64,000 nt of DNA, from contig CAWHEP010000006.1 in the NCBI GenBank assembly GCA_963828525.1, positions 32,001-96,000 on the forward strand, read 5' to 3'. The position numbers and the translations under genes were made by a program. The DNA is from an uncultured Verrucomicrobiae bacterium. GTDB taxonomy: Bacteria > Verrucomicrobiota > Verrucomicrobiia > Chthoniobacterales > Chthoniobacteraceae. Positions 19,041 through 28,478 of this stretch are shown piece by piece. Within the stretch, counting starts at the first letter, position 1. Every line of letters begins with the position of its first letter. Below the pieces are notes generated by a model that worked only from the letters and a program-made list of their open reading frames with translations, made no database searches and was not told where the DNA came from.

Positions 19041-19187
19041 CCCGGAGCTTCCCCCAGAACCCCGGCCATTGGCCAGCATTTTTCCAAGGCGAGCCCGCGG
19101 CCAGATGCGCATCGCAGGGCGGGGCTAGCGCTTATATGGCACGGGACTGGCTATACATACTAGAAATACCATTCTTTTCATCGGACC

Positions 19188-20492
19188 ATGCTAACCCTCC
19201 AAAACGTCCTTTCTCCCCTCGTGGCGATGCTCGTCATTTTCTCGCTTGAGGCCTCGGCGAGCGCCATTGCCCTCTCGGCAGAGGAGCAGCAGCTTGCAAA
19301 CCTTTTCACTGGGAGCGCCGATCAGCACAGGTCGGGGATGACATTGGATCCCACCCTCACAGCGGTCGCCCGCGCCCGCGCCGCCGACCTCTGCAAGCGA
19401 AACTACTTTAGCCACGTGAATCCCGACGGCCACGGCCCTGATTACATGGTTCGGCAGGCGGGCTATATATTGCCATCGTGGGGCGATTCGACCACCGACA
19501 ATAACGTCGAGTCTATCGGGGCCGGATACTCAAGCGCCAGTGACATGTGGCAGGCGTGGATCACCGATTCCGCGCACGCCACCCATGTTCTGGGTCTCGA
19601 CTCTTTCTTCGCCTCCGAGACGTCCTACGGCGTCGGCTTCTATCATGATCCGAACAGCACCTACCAATACTACTGGGTTCTCATCACCGCGCCTCCTCAG
19701 CCAGCATCAGCTCTCCCCCCCAAACCTACAGTAAACCCGCCCGATAACGACCTGGCCCGCAGCCTGGTGTGGGAAAACAAGGCCACCGGCGAAGTGCAGG
19801 CTTGGTTTATGAACGGCGCAAACTGCTCCGCGGAATCCTCGCTCACCACCCCACTAAACGCCTGCCTCGACTGGAACATCGTCGGGATGGGAGACTTCAA
19901 TGGCGACGGCCAGCAGGATATGGTCTGGCAGAACAACAGGTCTGGACAAGTCGCCGTCACCTACATGAATGGCGCAAAATTTCTAGGGGTCGCCCTCGTC
20001 GGCGTAGTCTCAAACCTCAGTTGGAAAATCGTCGGTGTCGGCGACTTCAACGGCGATGGCCACCCCGATCTCGTTTGGCAGGACGGCGCGAACGGACAGA
20101 TCATCGTCTGGCTCATGAACGGTTCGAAGGTGGTTTCCGGCTCGCCAGTCACTCCCCGCCTGAATGCTTCATGGCGAGTAGCCGGGGTAGGGGATCTCAA
20201 TGGCGACGGCCACCCTGATTTGGTCGTCCAGAACATCGTCAACGGCAAAGTGTCCTTCCTCCTCATGAACGGCACCAGCGCGATGTCGGCGCCCGGGATT
20301 ACCCAGTTGCCCCTCTCCTGGAAAATAGCGGGCGTAGGCAAGCTCGGCGCAAACCAGATGGGCGTGGTCCTGCAAGACAGCGCCAACGGCCAGCTATTCG
20401 CGTGGCTCACAAGCGCCGGCACCGTAACCGCCGGCACAGCACTTAACCCAGGCTTCATCGCAGACCCGGCGTGGTCTCTCCGCAATCATTGA
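19188..20492 (+). CDS. Secreted CAP (SCP) domain protein with FG-GAP/VCBS-like repeats
   Basis: LTAVARARA.D...YFSHVNPDG (CAP); three GDFNGDG..D repeats. Confidence 0.85.
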   Translation: MLTLQNVLSPLVAMLVIFSLEASASAIALSAEEQQLANLFTGSADQHRSGMTLDPTLTAVARARAADLCKRNYFSHVNPDGHGPDYMVRQAGYILPSWGDSTTDNNVESIGAGYSSASDMWQAWITDSAHATHVLGLDSFFASETSYGVGFYHDPNSTYQYYWVLITAPPQPASALPPKPTVNPPDNDLARSLVWENKATGEVQAWFMNGANCSAESSLTTPLNACLDWNIVGMGDFNGDGQQDMVWQNNRSGQVAVTYMNGAKFLGVALVGVVSNLSWKIVGVGDFNGDGHPDLVWQDGANGQIIVWLMNGSKVVSGSPVTPRLNASWRVAGVGDLNGDGHPDLVVQNIVNGKVSFLLMNGTSAMSAPGITQLPLSWKIAGVGKLGANQMGVVLQDSANGQLFAWLTSAGTVTAGTALNPGFIADPAWSLRNH

Positions 20493-20506
20493 GCGCGCCC
20501 GCTCCC

Positions 20507-21355
20507 CTAACACAGCGTTAACAGCGCAATCTCCGGCCTGCAATTCAGCCGGATCGCCAGAGGCAGAGTGCCCACTCCGCTGGTGACATACCCCGCTACT
20601 CTCGGTCCGTGAACCATGCCATACCGGTATTTGTTGCCATAGATTGAGGGCACGATGGGCGATCCCAGATAAGGAAACGCGACCTGCCCACCGTGCGTGT
20701 GGCCACATAACGCCAGCCCAACGCGGGCATCTGTAATTTCTTCAAGACAATCCGGGTTGTGAGTAACAAGCAGGCAGGCATCGCTGTCGCTAGTGTCTCC
20801 AAGGGCGCTGGGAAGATCCTGGGGCTGTGTGGTGAAGTCGCCGATGCCGCACAGCCGGAGCCTCTCGCCATCACGCCTGAGCCAGACGCCTTGATTGGTG
20901 AGGTTCTCAAATCCGGCGGATGTCATCAATTGATGCGTGATCCTCAAACCGGCCCTTGAATCGTGGTTTCCGGTGACTGCAAATATGCCACCTTTTGCCC
21001 TGAGGTTCCGCAATACTCCAAAGCAAGGTTCCTGGTACGACGACCCGGTTCCCATCAGCCCATAACGACGTCCCGCAGTGACGTAGTCCCCGCCGAGGAC
21101 AATTAGATCCGGAGCGAGCGCGTTCGTTTTTGCGACCACACGCGCGAGGTAATCGGCCGGAACAGCCTCGCTGTGATGAAAGTCAGCCAGAAAGGCGATC
21201 GTCATCCCCTTGAACACGGCCGCCAGATTCGGGATCGCGACTGACACCGGCGTGACACGAATCCATTTCGCTTCAAACAAGCTGTAAAGTCCTCCTCCCA
21301 GAATCGTGGCTGCGGCGGCCTTCGCGCCAATTCTCAGAAACTCTCGCCGATGCAT
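20507..21355 (-). CDS. Calcineurin-like metallophosphoesterase (YkuE-like) with Tat-like signal
   Basis: RREFL; DFH, GGD, GNHD, HNPD, GHTHGGQ. Confidence 0.9.
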   Translation of the reverse strand: MHRREFLRIGAKAAAATILGGGLYSLFEAKWIRVTPVSVAIPNLAAVFKGMTIAFLADFHHSEAVPADYLARVVAKTNALAPDLIVLGGDYVTAGRRYGLMGTGSSYQEPCFGVLRNLRAKGGIFAVTGNHDSRAGLRITHQLMTSAGFENLTNQGVWLRRDGERLRLCGIGDFTTQPQDLPSALGDTSDSDACLLVTHNPDCLEEITDARVGLALCGHTHGGQVAFPYLGSPIVPSIYGNKYRYGMVHGPRVAGYVTSGVGTLPLAIRLNCRPEIALLTLC

Positions 21356-21467
21356 GGAAACCTATAAACCAGCGTGGGATGCTTGTCGCCTCTCACTGCG
21401 TCTACTTGGAAAGCACTGACTAGATAGCCGCTGTTTGCGCTTTACACATCCCCGGCAATTGTGACAT

Positions 21468-21989
21468 TTGTGCGACGTGCGTTCCGTCCTCCTCCTCCTT
21501 GCGCTGCTTGCTTTATCGAACCTCCTGCATGCCCAGGAGCAGGAGAGCAAGGCTGTTCAGCGTATCATGGACCCGGATCGGACTTTAGCCAGCCCCTTGC
21601 AAAACCAGGCGTACAACGACGGGAAGTCTTTCGGGGCCGTTTCCCCGGCGTCGGTAAACAGTTTCCACATCGCGAGGACTTTCACCGCCAAATCCTTCTC
21701 ATCCAAGGCCTACGCGGGCGCGGGCAATTTTTGGGCGGGCGATTTCAAATACTCGACGACGGCGGCCCGCACTTCCGGATTTTTGACAAAGGCATTTGGC
21801 GTTAGACGCATGGATGTCAAGGATGCGCGGGAAAGCGGGAAGACTTCCGTCTCGGCTGGGCGCTCGTATAATAGGGCTGGCCCTTTCAAAGGCCATGGAA
21901 CCCGGCAAGGGCTCCTGGATGAGCAGAATTCTCCGAAAGCGGCGATGACCATCGATCAGGTGCGCGATCTTCTAAATAAGAATCAGTAA
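21468..21989 (+). CDS. Secreted hypothetical protein
   Basis: Signal peptide; C-terminal MTIDQVRDLLNKN; co-oriented with tyrS. Confidence 0.65.
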   Translation: MCDVRSVLLLLALLALSNLLHAQEQESKAVQRIMDPDRTLASPLQNQAYNDGKSFGAVSPASVNSFHIARTFTAKSFSSKAYAGAGNFWAGDFKYSTTAARTSGFLTKAFGVRRMDVKDARESGKTSVSAGRSYNRAGPFKGHGTRQGLLDEQNSPKAAMTIDQVRDLLNKNQ

Positions 21990-22014
21990 CCGTGGCGCGG
22001 AGGAGTTCGATTCC

Positions 22015-23205
22015 ATGAGCAGCAAAGCTCTCTCCCCAGAGCAGTCCCTCGAGTTGCTCAGAAAAGGCGCGGCTCAAATCATCAGCGAGGAGGACCTGCT
22101 CCAGAAGCTGAAGCTTCAGCGCCCCCTGAATGTGAAGCTGGGCGTTGATCCCACCGCTCCGGATATTCACCTCGGTTTTACGGTTGCCCTCCAGAAACTT
22201 CGGCAATTCCAGGATCTCGGCCACCACGCCGTCCTTATCATCGGCGATTTCACCGCGATGATCGGCGACCCAAGCGGGCGCTCAGCCACCCGCCCGCAGT
22301 TGAGCCATGACAAGGTCATGCAAAACGCCCGCAGTTTTCAGGAGCAGGCCTACAAAATCCTTGATCCGCAGAGGACGAAGACTTTTTTCAACGGCGAGTG
22401 GCTGGAGATGATGACTTTTGAGGAGGTCATCAAACTTGCCGGTCGTGTCACCGTGCAGCAGATGCTCCACAGGGAGGATTTCCGCGAACGGTTCGACAAA
22501 GGAGTCTCCGTGCGCGTGCATGAGATCCTTTATCCCATCATCCAGGGATACGATTCCGTTCAGGTGAAAGCGGACGTGGAGATCGGTGGCACCGACCAGC
22601 TTTTCAACATTCTCGTCGGACGCGATCTCCAGCGCGAAGACGGGCAGCCTCAGCAAGTGGCTTTTCTAACCCCGCTCCTGGAAGGTCTCGACGGCGTCCA
22701 GAAGATGAGCAAGAGCCTGAACAACTATATCGGCGTTAATGAACCTCCCTCAGAGATGTTCGGCAAGATCATGAGCATCTCGGATACGCTGATGGCGAGA
22801 TACTATCTGCTTCTCCTCGGGAAAGAGGTGCCCGCGGGACACCCCATGGACGCCAAAAAGCAGTTGGGTGTCGAAATTGTAGCCCGCTACCACTCCAGCG
22901 CGGAGGCCAAAGCCGTGCTTGATGAGTTCAACCGCCGCTTCTCCGAGAAGAACCTGGAGGACGCTGATTTGCCGTCCATCTCCCTCTCTGGCGTCGAAAA
23001 GGACATCATCTCGGTCGTGACGGCCGCTTATCTTCAGGGGTTCAAAATTTCGCGATCCCGGAGCGATGCGCGCAGGTTGCTGGAGCAGGGGAGCGCGCAA
23101 TTGAATGGCCAGAAATTGACCGATATAAAGATCAGCCCAATCCTCCAAAAGGGTGACGTGCTCCGGCTCGACAAGACGCGCGCGGTGAGGATCGGCGCCG
23201 TTTAA
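22015..23205 (+). CDS. tyrS: Tyrosine--tRNA ligase
   Basis: GVDPTAPDIHLG, GGTDQ, KMSKS, C-terminal S4-like domain. Confidence 0.97.
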   Translation: MSSKALSPEQSLELLRKGAAQIISEEDLLQKLKLQRPLNVKLGVDPTAPDIHLGFTVALQKLRQFQDLGHHAVLIIGDFTAMIGDPSGRSATRPQLSHDKVMQNARSFQEQAYKILDPQRTKTFFNGEWLEMMTFEEVIKLAGRVTVQQMLHREDFRERFDKGVSVRVHEILYPIIQGYDSVQVKADVEIGGTDQLFNILVGRDLQREDGQPQQVAFLTPLLEGLDGVQKMSKSLNNYIGVNEPPSEMFGKIMSISDTLMARYYLLLLGKEVPAGHPMDAKKQLGVEIVARYHSSAEAKAVLDEFNRRFSEKNLEDADLPSISLSGVEKDIISVVTAAYLQGFKISRSRSDARRLLEQGSAQLNGQKLTDIKISPILQKGDVLRLDKTRAVRIGAV

Positions 23206-23207
23206 AT

Positions 23208-23936
23208 CTAGAGCGACGGTTGCTTGCCGGTGCTGACGGCAAGTTTCTTCAATCGCTTCTTCGGGCGCAATCTCAGCCAATTATTCCAGGTCTTCCGCAG
23301 CGTGTCTTTGGGGGATAGATACTTCTGGTTTAAGTCCGTGCTCCGCAATATCTGCGCGAGCAGTCCCTTAACCGAGAAATCTTCCGTGTGCAGTATGGTG
23401 TAGGCGGTCCCGATCGCCGCTTCATGATGCGCGTCGCTCCCTGCTGTCATCGGCAGCCCCTTCATCTGGGCAAACTCGAACGCCTGCCTGTTATACCTCT
23501 TCAGCGTCGTCGCAGAGTTAAACACTTCGAGGGCATCGATCTCGATCTCTTCCAACACATTTTGGCGGATTCCGGCCCGGAACAGATCGTACGGGTGAGG
23601 CGGCACCGCAAGCCCGCCGTGCTCGTGGATCGCCGCGCATACTTCCCTAGCAGGTTTCCCTTTCATAAAGGGAAGGACAGTGCCGAGGCAGAGCAGATGC
23701 CCATCCGAGGTCGTCACCTCGACGCCGGGGATGATGAGAAAGTTGTCTACCGGGAGCCCGTCCTCTCGCATCAAACCCTTCTCCAGCATGTAACTCACGG
23801 CGTCACAGGTGTTGTGATCCGTCATCGCAAATCCGTGCAATCCTTTGCTCCGGGCTGCGGCGATCAATTCTTCCGGGCTGCTCACGCCATCTCCCGAAAA
23901 GAAAGAGTGCGCGTGCAGATCGATATTGTAGGACAT
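23208..23936 (-). CDS. PHP domain protein
   Basis: DLHAHS, TDHN, PGVEVTT..GH, GSDAH. Confidence 0.88.
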   Translation of the reverse strand: MSYNIDLHAHSFFSGDGVSSPEELIAAARSKGLHGFAMTDHNTCDAVSYMLEKGLMREDGLPVDNFLIIPGVEVTTSDGHLLCLGTVLPFMKGKPAREVCAAIHEHGGLAVPPHPYDLFRAGIRQNVLEEIEIDALEVFNSATTLKRYNRQAFEFAQMKGLPMTAGSDAHHEAAIGTAYTILHTEDFSVKGLLAQILRSTDLNQKYLSPKDTLRKTWNNWLRLRPKKRLKKLAVSTGKQPSL

Positions 23937-23995
23937 CGGTAAAAGGGTACGATTCAGGAGTGGAATCGCAAAGCGTAAATCGCGAGGGGTAATCT

Positions 23996-24541
23996 GTGGG
24001 CATCGGTTTCAAGGAATGGCACATCGTGTGCGAAGCGCTCGGCTCAGGCGCGCAGAGCATCATTTTACGGAAGGGTGGCATTGCCGAGGGCAGGGAAGGT
24101 TTTCGCTTCAAGCACGATGATTTCTTCCTGTTCCCCACGCTTTTCCATGAACAAGTGGCGAAGACTACTCTGGCGGGCGCCGCGCTCCCTCCCCCGCGCG
24201 AGGACAGCATCCACATCACCTATGCCGCGCGCGTGGAATGGACCATGGTTCTAAGCGACCTCTCACAAGCCGCAAAGCTAGCCGCTTTTCACGTGTGGCG
24301 ACCGGAGGTGGTGGAAGAGCGCTTCCGCTATGAGGAGGCTCACGGATTGAGCCTCGCTTTTTTGCGGGTGTTTCGCCTGGATGCCCCTTTCTCATTCCCA
24401 GACGCGCCGCGTTATGGCGGCTGCAGGTCTTGGGTGGAAATCCCGACCCCTTCGGCTGCTTCCAGGACACCGGTTCTCGATGATGCCGTTCATGCGGCGA
24501 GATCGGAAGAAATCCGCCATCTTCTTGCGAGCGGAACGTAA
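23996..24541 (+). CDS. DUF1802 family protein
   Basis: KEW...ALGSG.Q.IILRKGGI.E, FPT.FHE, YGGCRSW. Confidence 0.85.
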   Translation: MGIGFKEWHIVCEALGSGAQSIILRKGGIAEGREGFRFKHDDFFLFPTLFHEQVAKTTLAGAALPPPREDSIHITYAARVEWTMVLSDLSQAAKLAAFHVWRPEVVEERFRYEEAHGLSLAFLRVFRLDAPFSFPDAPRYGGCRSWVEIPTPSAASRTPVLDDAVHAARSEEIRHLLASGT

Positions 24542-24562
24542 CCTGGAACTTTTCGGCGGCCG

Positions 24563-24811
24563 TTACTCTGAGGCGGTCGGCGGCTTTGCTTTCGCCGCGA
24601 GTATCTTCGAAAATTCCTGTAGCTGGTTCACTATGTCCGGGCACCGCGTCAGCACAGCCTTGGACAGCTTCTCGTAATGTTGCGCGTTTCGCTGGGACAA
24701 CTCCGAAAGCGCCATTATGACTGCCAGCGTATTATTGATGGAATGCTTCACCTCGCGAAATTTCTCATGCGCGGCGTGCCAGTCGTCGGTCGGCGAGGGG
24801 ATAGTTTCCAT
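24563..24811 (-). CDS. Small stand-alone HisKA-like helical protein
   Basis: KHSINNTLAVI resembles an H-box; 82 aa, no ATPase domain. Confidence 0.55.
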   Translation of the reverse strand: METIPSPTDDWHAAHEKFREVKHSINNTLAVIMALSELSQRNAQHYEKLSKAVLTRCPDIVNQLQEFSKILAAKAKPPTASE

Positions 24812-24946
24812 CTAGACCCAAGCTAAAAGCGGGTCGCATGCCACACAAGGTGGATTTTTGCGGCGCCATGTCGTTTTGCTGACGCCGCAGGAAGCCCGCC
24901 GCCCTCCAATTGACACGACACACCCGTTCTTATACCGTGCGCGATT

Positions 24947-26041
24947 GTGCCCGACTCGATGGTAAATAAGACGCCGCTCTACGAAGAACACGTGCGGCGA
25001 GGCGCAAAGATGGTGGAGTTTTCCGGCTGGTTGATGCCCATCCAATACACCGGCATCGTCGAGGAGCACCACGCGGTGCGGAACTCGGTTGGCCTCTTCG
25101 ACATCTCTCATATGGGCCAGGTGCATGCCTCCGGGCCGAAGGTGAAGGAGTGGCTCAACTACTTGCTCTCGAACAATATCAATCGTCTGGGCATTGGTGA
25201 AAGCCAGTACACGTTCCTGCTCAATGAACAGGGTGGGATCATAGACGATCTCATCGTTTACCACTATGCTGAAGGCCAGTTCCTTCTTGTCGTAAACGCG
25301 TCGATGGCTCAGCAGGATTTTGATTGGATGCGCGACCATCTCGCGACCGGCGTTGAACTCGAGAACCACAGCGAGCGTTTTGCGGGGCTGGCGGTCCAAG
25401 GCCCGAAATCGATAAAGCTGTTCGATCACTTTTTCGGCCCTTCTCATTCGCGGCCCGCCCGGAACGAGGTACGCGCTGTTCAGCGAGGCGCCAGCACGAT
25501 GTATGTCTCCAGCACCGGCTACACGGGAGAGGACGGGTTTGAGATTTTCTTCCCAGCGGAAATGGCGTTGGAGCTTTGGAACGAAATTCTCGAGATGGGC
25601 ATCGAGTTGGATATGCGCCCGTGCGGCCTTGGCGCCCGGGATACCCTCCGGCTGGAGATGTGCTATCCGCTTAACGGTTCCGATCTCTCTCCGACGCGAA
25701 CCCCCTTCGAGGCCGGTCTTTCCATCTTTGTCGATCTTGCGAAAGATAATTTCATTGGCAGGGAGGCTCTCGTTAAGCAGCGGGCCGAAGGCGTGAAGGA
25801 ACGGCTTGTGCCTTTTAAGATGAAAGACCGCAGCCCTCCCCCGCGTCCGCATTATGCCCTATACAAGGATGGGCGGCAGATCGCCGAGATCGCGAGCGGC
25901 ACTCTCTCCCCGACGCTGAATATCGGTATCGGCATGGCTTACATCCCGACGGAGTTTGCCCGGATAAACGAAGAAATAGAAGTGGACATTCGCGGCAGGC
26001 GATTTCCTGCCACCATTGAAAAAAAACCCTTACACCGATGA
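24947..26041 (+). CDS. gcvT: Glycine cleavage system aminomethyltransferase T
   Basis: KTPLYEEH, GLFDISHMG, TGYTGEDGFE, GLGARDTLRLE. Confidence 0.96.
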   Translation: MPDSMVNKTPLYEEHVRRGAKMVEFSGWLMPIQYTGIVEEHHAVRNSVGLFDISHMGQVHASGPKVKEWLNYLLSNNINRLGIGESQYTFLLNEQGGIIDDLIVYHYAEGQFLLVVNASMAQQDFDWMRDHLATGVELENHSERFAGLAVQGPKSIKLFDHFFGPSHSRPARNEVRAVQRGASTMYVSSTGYTGEDGFEIFFPAEMALELWNEILEMGIELDMRPCGLGARDTLRLEMCYPLNGSDLSPTRTPFEAGLSIFVDLAKDNFIGREALVKQRAEGVKERLVPFKMKDRSPPPRPHYALYKDGRQIAEIASGTLSPTLNIGIGMAYIPTEFARINEEIEVDIRGRRFPATIEKKPLHR

Positions 26042-26442
26042 ACATTCCAGACGACCTTCAATACACGACCACGCACGAGTGGGTGCGCATGGAGGGTGCC
26101 TGCGCTCGCGTCGGCATCACCGATCACGCGCAAGCTGAACTCACAGACATCGTCTATGTGGAACTACCGAAGCCTGGCGTCTCCGTCATGCCGAAGCAGC
26201 CTGTGGCTGTCGTGGAGTCGGTTAAAGCCGCCAGCGATATTTACTCGCCGATCGGCGGCACCATTACGGAAGTCAATCCCGCGCTGGAGGCCAATCCTGC
26301 CTTGGTAAATACGGATCCGTATGGGGAAGGCTGGCTCTTCAGTGTCCAGATTGAAGCTGGCGAGGAGCTTGAACTTCTCAAGGATCCAGCCACCTATCGC
26401 AAGCAACTGGAAGGCGGGGCCGCTCCCGCTGATTCGCCTTGA
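26038..26442 (+). CDS. gcvH: Glycine cleavage system H protein
   Basis: HEWV, GITDHAQ, VESVKAASD lipoyl-Lys motif. Confidence 0.96.
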   Translation: MNIPDDLQYTTTHEWVRMEGACARVGITDHAQAELTDIVYVELPKPGVSVMPKQPVAVVESVKAASDIYSPIGGTITEVNPALEANPALVNTDPYGEGWLFSVQIEAGEELELLKDPATYRKQLEGGAAPADSP

Positions 26443-26548
26443 TTGCAATGGGTCGGCTTTCGCAGCCCTGAGGCGACTCTAATTGTTGTCAGACCCTAAT
26501 CGTTTCTGATTGCGGGATCACACTCGACTCGGTTTAGTGGGCGTCCCC

Positions 26549-28430
26549 ATGCCAAAACGCTCGGAGATGTTCCTGTTCCTGGCGACGTTCGTCGCTTTCG
26601 CCTATTTCCACCAGGGAGGCGGTTGGAATCAAAACTCCAGGTTCGCAATGGTGCGCGCGATGGCGGAAGAGCGCGCCTTCACGATCGACAATTTTCTCGT
26701 GTACGAAGCTGGCGCGGCCGGTAAGCCCCTTCTTAGGCGAAGGGTCCGAAATGGCGACTTTGAGGACGACGAGGGGACAAAGCGGCTTTGCTGGACGGGG
26801 CATGGATGGGATCTTCACCCCGTGAACGGCGTTCCGGGGGACGATGAGCATCAGGCAATATCTCTTGAAGCGAACGCGGACTCCGGGGACGTTGGCTTTT
26901 TTGAGGGCCACTTCCACCCCAACAAACCGCCGGGCACCTCTTTCCTGGCTCTTCCCGGATATCTACTGTTGCTGACGGCTGAGAGGATGTTTGGCGCGAA
27001 TCCAGACGATTGGTGGGTGCTGACTTGCAATGAGTGGCTGACGTCAGTGCTCAGCGTCGGTCTCTTTTCTGCTTTAGGATGCCGCGCTGTTTTTCCGGAC
27101 CGCGACGCTGCTGGCAGCGGGAAACGAGCGCGTGGCGATGACAGCGACGTTCGCGTTTGCTTTTGGCACCATGTTTTTCCCGTACGCGACAATCATGTTT
27201 GACCAGAACCTCACGGCAACGGCGTTGCTTGCTTCCTTCTACCTGTTGTTAAGAGAGCGCCGTTCCCTTGCGGGAAATCCGACTCTGTTTGCAGCCGGCT
27301 TATTCGCCGGAGTCGCGGCGATCACGAATTACATCGCCGCGGCAGCGGTGGTTTTCCTGGCCATCTACCTTTTCGTTGGTTTGCGCAAGTCGGAGCGTGG
27401 ACTGCTTCTAAAGCGCCTCCTCTGTTTTGCCCTCGGGGTGGCCGGCCCCTTCCTCCTGATCTGCGCTTACGGACAGATTTGCTTCCACACCCCCTTCGCG
27501 CTGAACACAAACTTCCAAAATCCCCTGTTCAAAGTGCATGAAGGCGGGTTTCTCGGAATGTTTGCCCTTCCCAATCCCTATGTAGCCGCAGTGTTGCTGG
27601 TCTCACCCTTCAGGGGGATTTTTTACACGGCGCCCATTCTCTTGCTCGGGCTTTATGGCTGGTTCCGGATGCCGCGAAATATGACTCCTGAAAAGTGGCT
27701 GTTCGCCTCCATTTTCCTGGTTTTCTTTTTCGTCAACACGTGCTTCAACGGCTACCATGGAGGCTTCTGTTCGGAGCCGCGCTACCTTGGCCCGGCGTTG
27801 CCTTTCCTCGCGCTGCCGATGGTCATCGGGTTTGCGGCATTCCCTCGTGTCGCAGCCGTTCTGGGGATTCTTTCGGTGGTCAGCCAGCTCGCGATAACAG
27901 CGGTCGACGTCGAAAGCCCTGTCGGAGTCGGAAGTCTTGCCATGATCGACTCCCGGCCAGACTGGAGCTACAGCCCGCTTACGGATTATTCCCTACCGAT
28001 ATTTTTCCGAGGCCATGCATGGCCGATCCTTAGCGGTTTGTTGAACGAGGAGTTGAAACTTAGGGAAAAGGATCTTCAGGCCGCCGCGCCCCAGGTCAAA
28101 ACCCAGCAACTGGCAAGCATCAGAAAGGATCTACTGAATGCGATTCGTTCCTCGGCGAGAGAGCCTTTCCTGCTCGCGACTTTTCGGGGTCCGGTTTCAG
28201 TGAACCCCGTGGGAGCGTATGAAGGCTCGCTTTACCACCTGTTTGAGCCCTTCAGTCCGCAGGCAAAATGGAGTTCGTTTAACGCGGGGGAGTTCCTTTT
28301 TCCCGAGAGTCGCTGGAGTTTGCTGCCCCTGCTCGTCCTTTGCGGGGGTTTCTCCTTTCTTTCATGGCGGTATGTCCTTCGATGCCCAATCCCTGCCTCC
28401 GGCGAGGTAGTATCCATCGGAACGACGTAG
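26549..28430 (+). CDS. Polytopic membrane protein (GT-C-like), frameshift near 27085
   Basis: NQNSRF..., NKPPGTSFLA, PRY...LPFL; two overlapping hydrophobic ORFs that join. Confidence 0.6.
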
Positions 28431-28478
28431 GACGAACAAGCTTGCCGTGTTGGAAAATCACGGCTAAGGACTTCAACG

